The notes below the pieces were generated by a model, which was not told the DNA's origin, searched no databases, and saw nothing but the letters and a program-made list of their open reading frames with translations. Shown here piece by piece: positions 24,654 through 38,800 of a stretch of DNA of 64,000 nucleotides (its first letter is position 1; each line of letters begins with the position of its first letter). A program made the translations under genes and the position numbers. This DNA is from Ylistrum balloti (taxonomy: Eukaryota): NCBI RefSeq assembly GCF_031769215.1, contig NW_026782563.1, positions 310,001 to 374,000 on the forward strand, read 5' to 3'.

Positions 24654-26719
24654 AGGAGTAGAACACTACAATGATGTGACATTGATCAAGAAATAGTTTC
24701 TTAAACTCTAGACTGAATCTGAAAGTGCCTTCAAATGATCACAAACTTAGAAGTGTTGCTACCTTATTCAGTATTTTGAAGGATGACGGATGAGAAATGA
24801 CAATGCCAAGAAATTCCTAAAGTAACCAATTATTGACTATTTATTCTTTCTTGGTTTTCAACATCACAGAAATCATGTTTATGATACATTCAATTAACTG
24901 TATTAGAGGACTTGATGCATTTAAGCAGTATTTTTTCACTATATTTGTTGTACTTCCAAAGCATTGAATTAAGGTGTAATAAGATCCATAAGTTTCTATT
25001 TGTTGTTTTCATTACAAATACTTTATAGATGGTTTACCAATCCATTCATATACTAAACTGTTTAAAATGCTTTGACATTAATTGAGCCAATATGTTTGCA
25101 AGATACTGTAGAATATTATTGTGAAATTGTCATGAAAGCAACAATACAACATATGAAAAACCCAATCTCTACTGAATGCAGTGTAAGAGGTGGTCCTGAA
25201 AACACTTTACCCCAGTTACTTTGAATATTGTGTAATGGTCCACCTGCATGTTGTTCAGTGAGGTGGCAACAAGCTACTACAAGAAAACTTACCTCAAAAT
25301 GACCATAGCTCTCTATGGGCTGATAAACCCTGCTGAAAAAATAGTGATGTTATTTACGAAAGATAGAAACAGCTTAGCTTTAGTTTGGTGTTCAAGAAGT
25401 CATCGTCCAGTTATGGTATGACCATTTTGTGATGACTACAAATTACCTTATAATTTTATAATGAACACCAATTCTACACCAGTTCATATCAGGGTAGTCG
25501 TCATTGAAGCTTAAAAGGTTAATTATCACATCTGACTTTTCCTGCAAATTTACTTATTTGATACTTATTAATATGAATGGGAGTAGTGAAAATTAAAGAG
25601 TTGCTGACATTCTTTTGTTAATTCTGTTATGATACCAATGTTCCATGTATTTCCTTGATTGAATCTTATCGAATTAAAGCAATTGTATTGGCTGGAATCG
25701 GTTCTCCTGTCATACCCTTCAGAGAGTTATGGCCCTTTGATTCTGATGTTTGTTGATGAGCGAGGACTTGGCATTTCCTGCATTAATATTTTTAATTATT
25801 AATGCCTAAGCTGTTGTTATAATATTGTTTCTAATTCGTATAAGTATGTGATAAAGGAAATTCCAGAAAAAGGACTCAAAGAAATTATTTAATTGATTAA
25901 AATGTTGCAATAAATTTCCCTACTTTCTAGAGGACTATAATACCTGGTATATTAATTGTTGGGTTATACTTTCAAGATGAATTTGTAATTTAACTACATT
26001 TGTAATTTTATTTAAAACTTGCTACAACACTAGAGATTTTTGTAAAGTGCTTGCTTGTGTTCATTTAAGTCCTCCAGGTAAATGCTAAAAATTGCCTACT
26101 GTTCCCCTTGTATAATAAGACTTATAAGAACTTACTCTAGTTGGAGCATAGGACAGAGAAATCTCTACCTGAGGAGTAGATTCTTGTCTTTGCTGAAGGT
26201 TAGACTGTCAGGTATCTCCTCCACTTTTTTCTACCCCTTTTTCCCCCTTAAAAATAAATAAGCAAATAAATAAACATGCAACATTATAATGGTATAATCA
26301 TTAGGCCTGGATGACAATTGTTAATTACATCAATGACCCCAGCATGTCATAAAAATGAGGTCATTAGCAATTTCAAAAACCTGAAATGTCACTTCCTGTA
26401 CGTGCAGACTGTCATGCAAGATACCTCTATCTTACCCTCACTGGAAGTGTAGATATTTCTGTTTGGTGGGGTAGGATAAAGGCATCATGTGATCTCTTTA
26501 TCGTCTTTCTTTTCTTATAGTTGCCACCTTTGTGAAGGAGACTTTTTTCGGGGCATTTGCCAAGGCTGTGATATACTGTGCTGTTTAAAATGGAATGCTT
26601 GTGAAGATGTTCAATTTTCATGGCTTTAGGTGATTAAATAAAATGGGATTCCAGAGGGATCTTCACACCATTGTTTATCTTCGTTTGTTCTTTAAAAGTT
26701 TTATCTTTTCCCTTCTTTC

Positions 26720-27135
26720 CTTTCATTTCTTCTTAAGTATATGAATTTTGAAATCATTTTCAAGAAAGAGGCAAGAATAATCTTCAACTGTCAAATATGA
26801 AATGACAGGCCCAAAATCAAGGATCAAGGGAATCCTACATATAAGTTTTTCAAATTTTGTGAAATTTTTGTAAAATTCAAGAAAAAGCAATAACAAACTA
26901 TTCCTGTCAAAATCCCAGATGATTTCTGTCAGCCATTTTGTTTTTCTGATCAATCCTAAACTCAAAAGGGTACAACTAGGGACCAAAAAGAACCTACATA
27001 TGAATTCTGAAAAAAGATCAATTCTGTACTTAAGAGGAAATTGAGATAAAGAATTATTTTAAGGACTGACAGATAGATGATGGACCACAGATGCGTGGCA
27101 ATTTGGATTGCACATCATATTGTGTGCTAATAAAT
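26720..27135 (-). mobile_element. HINE-like remnant, boundaries approximate
   Basis: The minus-strand start tttattagcacac...atgatgtgc...tgtggtccatc resembles HINE 5' ends. The 3' end was not identified. Confidence 0.3.
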
Positions 27136-30100
27136 AGTAATGATGACTTCAGATGAAAGAATTATGTGAATAGGGTAATTGAAATTTAACCACAAACATT
27201 CCATATCATACAGAACCAAATTTAGTAAAATTGCATGGTTATTTACGCTCCCTGCTCAGCACTGATATGTTTAAAAGTGTACCCTTTTAAGTTGAATCCA
27301 TGTTTTAACAATATCAAGAAACTGCCTGCCGAAGTTATTTAAAAAAAATTCTAGTTTCTCAAAGAAACATAAATTTTCCAGGTCGCAGTCAGAAGGATTT
27401 TCTTTAACTGACCTATAACAATCTTATGAATCATTTGAAAATAGACCAGATTGCAAGTTATGAAAGTCTGAGGATACATAGGGGGAAAACTCTATTCCCT
27501 CCAAAATCTAGGTTAAAGAATAACAACACCAACATATAGATCATGTTTGCTACTTTAGTTCATTATTCGTGACACATGTACACTTCTAAATATACAAACA
27601 ATATGTGTCATATAGAAGTACAATACTTCATTCTCTCTATCCTATATACAAACAATACAACATTTTTAAACAGTCATTTGTTGTCACATATGATTACATC
27701 ACTAGTAACTACAGATATACAGGAAATATATCTCTCTTGGTATGAAACACTAATGAAAATCCCTATCACCATGTGAACTACTAACAATCATAACAAACTG
27801 GTCTATACTGTTCAAAACCTGACACACCCCGAGGAGAAATCTACGAGGGATTTCAACCAGCACCAGGATCTTTAACAACAATCATTAATCCAGATGAAAC
27901 AATACTGATAAAAAGGTGTCAATCCTTTGCTATTCAAACAGAAGATGGGAGTAATCATTTCCTATTTAAATTCAATCAATGTGATTATATGAGTTCTTTT
28001 TTGAAATCCTGGTATATGCAGGCACCCATAGTTACACTAGAATGACAATGTATGTTACACTTCACAATTATGTGATGATTTGCATTACACACGAGTGTAA
28101 AAACAACATATACATCAAGGCTTTCAAATTTTGAACAGCAATCCCAGAAATTTAGAACTACAATTATCATTACACTAAACAAGTTAGTTGATTTCTGAGC
28201 CAATGTACAACTTCAGTATCACACTTTGCCAGTGTTAATTTGATGATTATGCATGATGGCTTGGATGGTATGTAGGGATTAATACTTCACAGGTATACCT
28301 GTGTAGGTGTGAATATCTGACAAGTCTCCTATGTGATATCTAATACACAAATGTCACTAGATACTGTTTTTGTGGAAAACTCGGGAGGGCCTCTACATAT
28401 ACAACTATACTTTGTGAAATAAGCATATCTATATATGTAATTGTAAATACATGTACTTAAGTTGGAAACTTCAAAATACAGGATTTTTTTCATCAGTTTG
28501 AAAGTCTAGTGCAGCTTCAATTATCCACACAATAAAGATATACCAAACATATGATCTAAACTTATGATTCTGTGGCAAAATTGGGATGATGATGATGATG
28601 CTAAGGAAGAGGTGTGATGTAGTTAACAAATCACATTTTTCTCACTGCACAGTGTATTTCTTAGTGATTAGGTGATACCCTGCAGTTACCAGATTATAGT
28701 CTGACACTTGATATACTCTTACTCCTGCCCTCTATGCTGATCACGGGTAAAACTGGTACAAAACTTTGGAAATCAATACCAGTAGTAGAGGAAAACAATA
28801 TTATCCACTGTCTATATGGTCTTTAAAATCACAGAAATTAGAATGAAGCCCAGTTTTTGATTCAAACTTCACAGAAAACCGGCTTATATGAAATAGGAAC
28901 ATCATGTTATTCAGTTTACAGACTAAAAGTACATATGTATTCCACTTGAACATTTCAGCAGATGAACTATCTTTTGGTACTTGCACTCTCCCTCAACTTC
29001 TCTGTCCTTCTGGACAGTTCATACTGAAATAGTTACTACATGTACTGCTGTATATTGCTTAGTAGGCCCCAGAAATAGGTATTTCCGTAATATTGTATCA
29101 TATCTCCCAAAAATATTATTTGAGCAATTAATCATACACTGAATACTGGTAATTTTACATGGTATAAACGAAACAGTAATGTTTTGAGGAGACCAGCATC
29201 CCCATTGTGATAAAGTAATTATTATTAGGAATGAAAAGAATTTTTAACAATTACACTGTCTTGGTACAGCATTAAGAATTCAAGCTGATGAATATAAACA
29301 CATTCATATAAATATATTGTCTGACTGCAAAGCTTTGTCATTTATAACACATGTAAATGCCATATCAAGGCAGTTTTATATTAACATTTACACTACTTGA
29401 ACAAATAAAAACCTATGCTTTTCATAGAGTGATCCTTGTGATGGAACAGTCATATCACTACAATTATGGCATTATAATAAATAAGTGGGCATTTACAGTT
29501 GTCCTTTAAATCACACTTTGCCAAACAAATATAAACACATTTCCGATAAAAATAAGGTTCCAAGCAAAACTGATTACATGTTTATTCTGCATCAGATTTC
29601 CTTTTACAGTTAACTCATGACTATATAAAATGAAATTCATATGTTTATTATATCAACAAGAAAGAACTTAATGTTGACACAATGAAAGTTAACAGTTCCA
29701 TCTGAAAAATGATAGAAAAAAACTGATATCATGTATCTTCTTACGCAAATATGAAGGATTCTAAAGGGTACTTTTCAAATGTAATACACTTTCTAATTTA
29801 CCTAATTACTGTTATTCCAAATAACAAGTAAACAGAAATAGATGCACACTTTTCTCTGCAATACCTTTCAATCCCTACAATACAAGTACATTATAACTGG
29901 GTAATGTCATAGACAGTTGATATGTACACATTCCTACAGACAAACCTAAACCATTATGATAAACACTTATTGCACTTGGTATATATATTTCAATCTCTAA
30001 TGTAATTTATATAACAATACAGCACAGGATTTCTACAATGTCTATAGCTGTTCTATACCAATACATACACACAAGTCAGTTAACAGACACCTGTTATCTA

Positions 30101-32895
30101 CCAACCTAATATATATATTTGATAAACTTCTTTTCTACAAAAATCTTTTCCGAATAAATAAGCTTTTCAATGATTTACTCAGACAGTTGTTAAAATTTTT
30201 GGACCTGTACGGATTTTTTGTTATTGATTTAAAGGTGCTTTATCCTCAAGAGATTTCAGTAGGTAAAGAATATGACTGAATTAATGTTAGGTAAAAATTC
30301 TAAGGTGTGTGGTTTGGTCCCTTTCCAGCAGGGTAGTTTGAGTTTCTCAGGAAGCTGATATTACTGACCAGCCTGTGGTGTCATGATTGTTTCCTTGGCA
30401 CAACACTAATCTCTGGATAGCGTATGATGGACCTTCTGCATGATGTTCCGTGAGGAAGCCACCATTAACTATAAGGAGATCCCACCTCAAAACGACCCTG
30501 TCTGTATACTGAGCAATAAACCCAGAAGTGAAACAAACAAAAACTCCTCACAAAGGTCATACAAAAAGGTCAAAGTCATTGAATAATATTACAACATATA
30601 GTAATCTCATGCTGTGGAATGAGTTCAGTGATTCCGTACTCTGTACATTTAGGATGTGATTTATATGCAACAAAACTGCTAGATTTTTCACATACAGACC
30701 AGTGTAAATAACATCTGATTCACTGTGATTAACATCATGTCTCATTATCATTGTTTATAAATCTACGATAAGACGGTAAACACCTGAACTTGTACTAAGT
30801 ACGTGAAGGTAGCAGTTACCATTAATTAATTCAAATTACAGAGAACTAGTTTCAGCTTAACAGCAGTAACTTTCGAATTATCCCCTTGATTCTACAAGCT
30901 AGATTCTTCCCCATTCCTCCTAACCTCATAATCCCAACTTGTGCAGGTTGATAAAAGATAGTTTATAAGGATAGTAAGTAGAAGTTGTATATCACTTTAA
31001 CCTCTGCAGACCCCTTACATGTATATCAACTAACCAAACAGACACAACACTAACACAAGGTTGATAAGACGTCCCAGCCGTAACATGAGATCAGGTTCAA
31101 ATCATGCTTTGAAGAAAAAGTCTGCACATACAATATACATTTGTAAAACTCTAATACTCCAATGTAACAACACTTATCAAAAACTGAAATATCACTTTTC
31201 TTCAATAAAAATAACAAATAGCCAGGTTCACAGCTCTGTTTTCAGAACCAAATAACTGTATCAAAGTAACAAGATTTAATCTTAACAAGCATGTGAGCAA
31301 CAGAGATTTTTTTAAAAGTTTTAACAATGGGGCTGGGCTTTACAGCATATCATTACATTAAAAACATTAAAAAAACATTGGCTTAATATTTTGTTAAACC
31401 TGAACTAAACACCTTGACAATATTAAAATAGCATTTCAATTCTGATTAGATTTGGCTATTTTTTGAAGTACTGTGGTATTTGTTTTTAAGTCAAAACTAG
31501 CTCATTTGTTTCATGTATCTTCTTTGTGTAGGTGCTAATTTACAAACCTAGAGCTGCATTCAGCCATGAAAATAAATCCCAAACAGCCAATGTAAAGCAA
31601 GATTTGACAAAGGGTGTCATTAATGTCATGCTCATTTCTGTCCACTACAGAGGACATTACAGGTATCAATTTGTTATAGGAAAACATGACTATTTTCTAT
31701 GCAATGAAAGATATCTTAGTTCATATGAGTACACTTTTTGTATGGCATCATGAATGAATTTGAAAACAGGGGAAAAATAGTTTAACTGATTCAACAAAAG
31801 AAATGGATTTGAGAATGGCAAAATCTTTGGAAATAAATATGTATGGCATGATGGAGTGTTTAACATCACAGCAAAAACTTTTATGTTATATATCAAAACA
31901 AAAACATGGAGATTAACAGGTGTGCATGAAGTATGCTTTATACTTGGTAATGAAATGATCGTTACATATTTGTAAAGTGACAATCCTTGTTTCCACTTTT
32001 CAATTACAGCATTCGATAAAACAATAAACATGACAAATTTAAAAACAATGTCAACAAACAACATCAAAAATCATGTTTTTGGTAAAATAATAATGAAAGA
32101 AAATGAAGATGAAAAAGATTCCTATGGCAATGTTAATAATTAAGAAAAGATATTATGTGGTTAATAATATAAAGCATATGGAACATGAGCATACATTATA
32201 GAAGTATCATGAACACAGTGTTAACAGTATGTATCAGTTTGATATGTCCTCTTCTTTCGCAGATTACTAATCAACCACTGGGAACTGAACACTGGTGTTT
32301 AGCTATAGTAGCAGTAATCAAACACAGAAAATTAAATAAGAAATAATTTCTCATTTACTTCTGTCATTTTTTATTTTTTCATTTATTTATTCTTTTAACA
32401 GAAAAGAATTAAATTGATCAACAATATCAATGAAACATTCCATGATAAATAATAATTTTACAAATGAATAATTATGTTCTGACAGGAATCCCTATCTATA
32501 CATATTAGCAACATTTTAGATTTTGTCCTTTTGAGATATATGCAACTCTGTCTTTCAAGCAACTGCTATCTGAAAAAGGCAATTTCTTTTTATTTTAAAT
32601 TTTTCCAGAGTATTCCCTAGTAATAGTTTGTCAAAATCTCAAATGCACAGGAAATATTTTATCAACCAAATTCCAGGTATTTAATCATATATATGGAACA
32701 CCCTGTCTCAAGGTCTTACAGGACACTTGAGGTCAGCTGTCCCATTAAGTTGTTTGTATACTGTACAGAAATGCTTACATCAATACAAATCTTGCATATA
32801 CCTCCTATCACAACACAACAGAGAAATCAGTTTCACTAAGGTGTTACATGTATGCTGGATATAACAGTACAAGAACATTCACAAGTTTGTAGGTC

Positions 32896-35800
32896 CTAGT
32901 AAAGTGATTTCATGCCTTCCTCTTCAAATTGTGCCCATGCATCATTTAATTCAATAAATATCAATCTGGCTATATCTTCATATGGCGTCCCAGTCAGCTG
33001 CAAGGGAATGATGACTGTTAAATTGTTTGAAAAAGCAGGTCGCAAATAAAACTAGAGATTAAGTTAAAGAGGACTATGACAAGCTAACAATTCAGCATGT
33101 GTCCTGAGAGTGGATGAGGAATTACAAAATCAATTACATTCTTTCATCACTGGCTGGAATTTGGCTTTCAATTATTGGACCTTACAAGTCAGAATGATTT
33201 CAAATAAAATTTCAATTTCAGGTCTAGATCACTCACTAACCTTCAATATGGAGCTTAAAACTTCAAAAATATTAAGGGTTATTTACCCTGGACTTAAAAA
33301 AAAAAATCAACGTCTTAGCTTTATTTACTCTTTTTTTAAAAGAAGAGAGAAAACTTATACACATCCAGCCTTTTGAAATTAAGAGACAAAATGCAAGTCA
33401 CATTATGCCTTTAAGAGTTTAGACCAAATCTAAATCACTTTATGCTTTTGAAATTTAGAGACAAACATTCTCAACATTTGAGAAATGAAAAGAAGGAATT
33501 TACGCAGTAAATATTATCAATTCTTACCTTGTCAGGGTGGACACACAACACTGCTTTCTTGTAAACTCTTTTCACCTGGTCAGCACTGACCAATTCAGAC
33601 ATACCAACACCCTTCCAGCGTTTTTCCTCTTCCCACAGGACCTTGTCTAGGGAACAAAGTAGTGCTCGGATATTTCTTTCTTTGCCTTGGATCCAGTCCA
33701 GGATCTGGAAAAAATTATTTCATCTGTATTATAACATTTAGATTACAATAGAAACTTCAATCTTAAGAATGCGTATAACATACATTTGTGGGAAAGCAAC
33801 TCCAATGAAGAAACATGATTCCATACACTATTCCATAGCACTATTCAACTGATGTATTACCCTGAGTTTGTCTGGGTCCATCTCTTCCTCTAAATCCTTT
33901 CTCTTCATGTCTGCTAGGGACTTAGGCTCGCCCGTCTTGGTGCTCGTGAACTGATGATCTCCGAGTAAGTCCCCAAATGTGTCGGCGCCTAACTTGGGCT
34001 TGGTACCTGTAAGATGAAAGATTTTTTTCGTTAGAAATTATATTAGTTAACATTGAAGTCTTTCAACAGTACAGCAATTGTAAACATGCTTCTAGCACTC
34101 AACAGGGACACTTATTTTGTTGAGGGAACATAACTACTTGTTGCACTCAACAGGAACACTTATTTTGTTGAAGGAACATAACTACTTGTTGCACTCAATA
34201 GGGACACTTATTTTGTTGAGGGAACATAACTACTTGTTGCTCTTCGTTGCTTCATTGTTACCTAAATATGGTTTCCTAGTGCCCCTCTCATCCCGACTGC
34301 CAAGTACACTAGTGTAGCCCACGTTATAGTTAGGTTTGGTTGGCTGAGAAGGCGGGGCGGCAGGGCGCTGAGGTTTGGGCGATCCCTGGGGAGAACTGCG
34401 AGGTTGCTGTTGTTGTTGCCATCCTCCACTACCACTGAAAGCTGGACGCTGAGGCTGGGAGGACTGTGGGACTGTAGTAGGCTTGGCTCCTGTCAGTGTG
34501 GGACCCTTGGGTTTGTTCCCAAAACTCCCTACAAACAAACAACACAAACTGACTATGTTTCAAAGTCTAACAGACATCTAAATGGGTTAAAATTACATTC
34601 CATGATTCATATAACTATCACAATAGAAAGAGACTGATATAGGTCCGGGCTTTTATTCTCTCATATTCATCTTACATACTTACATGCACAACCTGAATAA
34701 AATCTTAAAAGAAAAAAAGATCCCTTGAAAAAAAAAATTGTGACAAATTGACCTGATTTCACTATTACTGTATGTTTAAGAATTTTAATTATACTGTGAA
34801 AGTGTGACAAAATTGTTAAATATCATATACATGTACAATGTTAGTTATGCTATAAATCAGAGCACTATATACCATACTTACCGAAATCTGCAAAAGGATC
34901 TGCTTTCTGTTGTGGACCAAGGTTACCTGTGCTACCAAATGATGGGGATGGTCGTCCCCCTCCCATGGCAGTTTGTCCTCCTCCACCCATAGCAGACTGT
35001 CCACCCATGAATGTACCACTGTTATTCCGCGGAATGTTGGATCCTGGGAACTGTTGCTGAAAATTTGATGCTGAATTGCTCTTTGTCAAATTTGCAGAGG
35101 AGTTGGAGGCGGTGCCTCCTGGAATGTTGATTATTGGTGTTGACCAGTTACCCATCAAGTTTGGCTCATCATCCTTTGTATTGTCCACTTTACTCTCCAT
35201 AAACTCTAAGAATTCATCCTTTTCTTTATGTTTGGTGGCTGGTTCTGATTGCACTTGGCTAAAAGGATCAAATGTGTTACTACTACTAGAGTCTGTTTTC
35301 CCCAAAATATCAAATGCATCAAATCCTCCATTTTGATTGGTTGAAGACTGTGGTTTACTTTCCTCTTTTTTACTTTGAGATGAAGCAAAATTTTGGAATG
35401 GGTCAAATGTATTGGCTGTTTGGTTCTGTGATTGACTTGGAGCTCTTGATGACAAATCTGCAAAGGGATCAAATGTCTCTGCTTTGCCCTTGGTCTGGTT
35501 ATTACTTTGCGGGGGTTGGGATGAGCCTAGATTTTGGAATGGGTCAAAAGTGTCACTATTATCCACTGTACCTGCATTGTTAAAAGGTTCAAACGATGAA
35601 CCCTCAGTATCACTTCCCACAAGTAGGTCTAAATTACTTGGTTCATTAATGTTTAATAAATCTATATCACGCTCAACACGTGCTGGGGAACTGTTGATAT
35701 TCAACAAATCTGCATGTACTACGTTTCCATTTTGTTGGGTCCTTGGCTGATTAGGTGCACCTACATTCTTGTCATGTGACTTTCGCCCATGTGACAGTGA

Positions 35801-38800
35801 AGCAAAGTCTTCATCCTCATCACTTTCACCGTCAAGCAGATTCTGTTCAGACTCCATTTCAAACAAGCTTTTAGGCTTTGCATCATTTTCAAGACCCTGT
35901 TGGCTAGTATCACCTTGCCAGTTTAGTGAAGCAAAGAAATTTTTGCCAGACATTGCCACAGGTTTTTCCTTCACTTCTGCTGACTTGTCTTCCTGTTTTA
36001 CCTGTCTCTCTGGTGTCTTCTGCATGTGAACAGGGCTGTCTGTCTCACTGGAGGAACTCTGGCTAGATGACCGTGTCAGTCGCATTTTGGCTCGATTTGA
36101 TACACCTGTTATAGAATAATAAAACAGATCATAAAAAATACATCATTTCCCTCAAGTACTTGTCAGATTCTGACAACGACTTGTATGTTACAAGTGACAG
36201 GTGTCCACCTAAGAAAACCAAAGTTAAACCACAAAGACAAAACCCTTAATAGTTCTCTGCTGGTCCTACTCTTCAGAGACGTGTTAAATGGCTTGAGTGA
36301 TTAACAAGGTCAGATTTACAGCTGACTGATCATGAATAGACTACCCAGTGGAAGAGTGACTCAGCTTGTGTGATCTGTTTGTTTGTATTAATCCTCATTA
36401 ATTAGTCAATTAGAGACATCACCGACTGCTAACCCTTTGTTGTCATAAATCCAATGTTGTAATAACAAAAGTTTGTTTAGTTTGAATATGACAAGGATAA
36501 ATTAGAAACGATGAAAATAAACTGACCTCAGGTCACAATTGGATATATGTTAAGACTTCATGAAGATCACAAAATTATTCAGGATTAAAGTAGTAAGGTT
36601 CTATCATTTGGAAAACACCTAAAAGATATCAAATAAGAGCTTTTTCAGAAGCCATTTCTTATCATTAACAATCTCTAATTAGAAGAATTTCATTTGGCCA
36701 CGTTTAGAAAACATTAGATAATATATTAGATAATATAAAAACTACCAAAACGGTTGTACACTTTTTCTACGGAAATTCAGGTCTTTTACCAAAATCTGAG
36801 CATGTCTGATGTAGCTCCTCTTTCGATGAAAATAAAATCTTTGGGCTAAGTTTTGAGGAATCAAATTTTTCCCACGGATAACTTGGATCGGTACGTGGTC
36901 TTTCATTGGTTGCCACGGCAACATCCATCATCACACAGAACATCTCTGGGTATTTGTCTGCTGTGTCAAGCTGATCAAGGTCAAATCTACAACAGGTAAA
37001 AGTCATAGAACTAATTGCAAGTAGATTTTGCTCTGGCCTGACATGTATCGACAAGCTCCATTTTGATTAAGAAGGAAATATGAGGGAAGTGAATTATATC
37101 TTGCTTAGTTTTTATTTACTTGCTCTTTTGATATGAAATGTGCACTTTCACTTACTGTGTGAATTTAAGGTTTGTTGTCCCTGGTTTCACCATTCCTGTA
37201 TGTAACTGTATTTGAAACATTTTCATCGATGTGATCTGCAACAGACAGAAATTGAAATTAAATACATAACAATATTAAAGAAAAAATATTGCACTTATCT
37301 TATTCAGAACCAATCTTGAAATTAGAACCTGTGTACTTCAAAAATACCTCTATTAAATCAAATATTTTTCTGCTTTGACATATGAGTATAATTAAGGATT
37401 CTCCAGGAAGCTGTTCTCTTTTAATTCCTATAAATGTATCGTCCACATGTTTTAACCGCTATGCGACTGTCATCAGGATGATTGTAACGAAAAAAACCCA
37501 CCAAACTCATGTAGCAAGTTGCAGTTCACAAAACATGACATCTTAATGGTCAACATAAATTAGTGAAAATTATCTGAAATGGAAGTAAAATTATTTAGAG
37601 GATTTATTATGCCATGAATACAGTATTTTGACAGGAATAAAAGAAGAACAGCTTCTGTGATGTTGAGAATCCTTTATCATACTCATGTGTTAATTTCATT
37701 GCAAGGATCTCTCCTGAATACCACACGGTGTCCATTCAGGATTATGCCACTTTCCTAGACATCTAGAGGGTTGGTTCTCACTATTTTATTTTTCTTTTAT
37801 TCTTTGAGTAAGAGCTGCTGAAAGTTGACCTAACAAACACTGACCTTGCCCTGAACTTTGCCCCCAAAGGTTGACCTTGCATGATATGCCACTATAGTGA
37901 CATCCCCAACTGCCGAGATGTTGAGAGGAATAGTGGCCTTGCCATCTTCGATCACAAACCCTCGCATCTTTTCATACTCCTGGGATGTTGTCAAGATTCT
38001 GTCTTCACCCACATAGATCTCAACAAATGGTCGACAACCATTTCTGAAAAATAATGTAATGATATCATGAATTCTGATATTCACATGATTATTGAAGACT
38101 GCTCTTAACTGTATCAAGTAAGACATGGCATAAATGTAAGAGCTTATCAAATATCATATTTTGCTTCCTTATATTAATGTCATTGCTACCACACAAAAAA
38201 AAAAAAAAAGATTTAAAAAGCTGTCATATTCAATATTGTAAAGGCATATACATTGTAAATAATAAATGATTTAAAGGGAAAAACATCATTAGTCTTATTA
38301 TTGATTGTGTTTTATTCACTTTCAGTAAAATTTAGAGCTGATAACATGACAAGATAGTTTTGAAAATGAGGCAGTTCATTTGTTTATTGAACACATGTGA
38401 AAGCCGAGAGAAATGAAGTGACAATGTATCTGAACACCTTTTTTCAACGCTTGAATTTGTTATGGACAAGCACACATTTTTTGATACAAAACAAAATTCA
38501 GAATTATGAAAAAAGTGACATTATAAGCCAGTATTTCTGAAATGTCTCACTCCAGCTGTTCTCTTATTGTATACAGCATGCAAAGCTTTAATCTAGTTCC
38601 ATTTGGTCAGTCCATCAGTCAATCCAGCAGAATACATGCACTGTCCTAATTGCTTTCTTGTCTGATAAGTTTCCATCTGCTGTGGTAAAGTTTCCCAGAA
38701 AAAAATTTGGTGTTTTCTTCTGCCTTTATAGCCATTCTTTACTAAGTAGCTGACAATGAATTTTTTTTTTTTCAGCCACAACCGATTCACATGGAAAGCC

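Noticed and set aside
30300-30520. GC-richer patch with a minus-strand acceptor and a 53-codon frame
   Set aside because: There is no recognisable homology and no partner exons.
35076-36029. Several plus-strand and alternative-frame ORFs over GAK exon 18
   Set aside because: These are shadow ORFs of a long coding exon, with no independent motifs or splice context.
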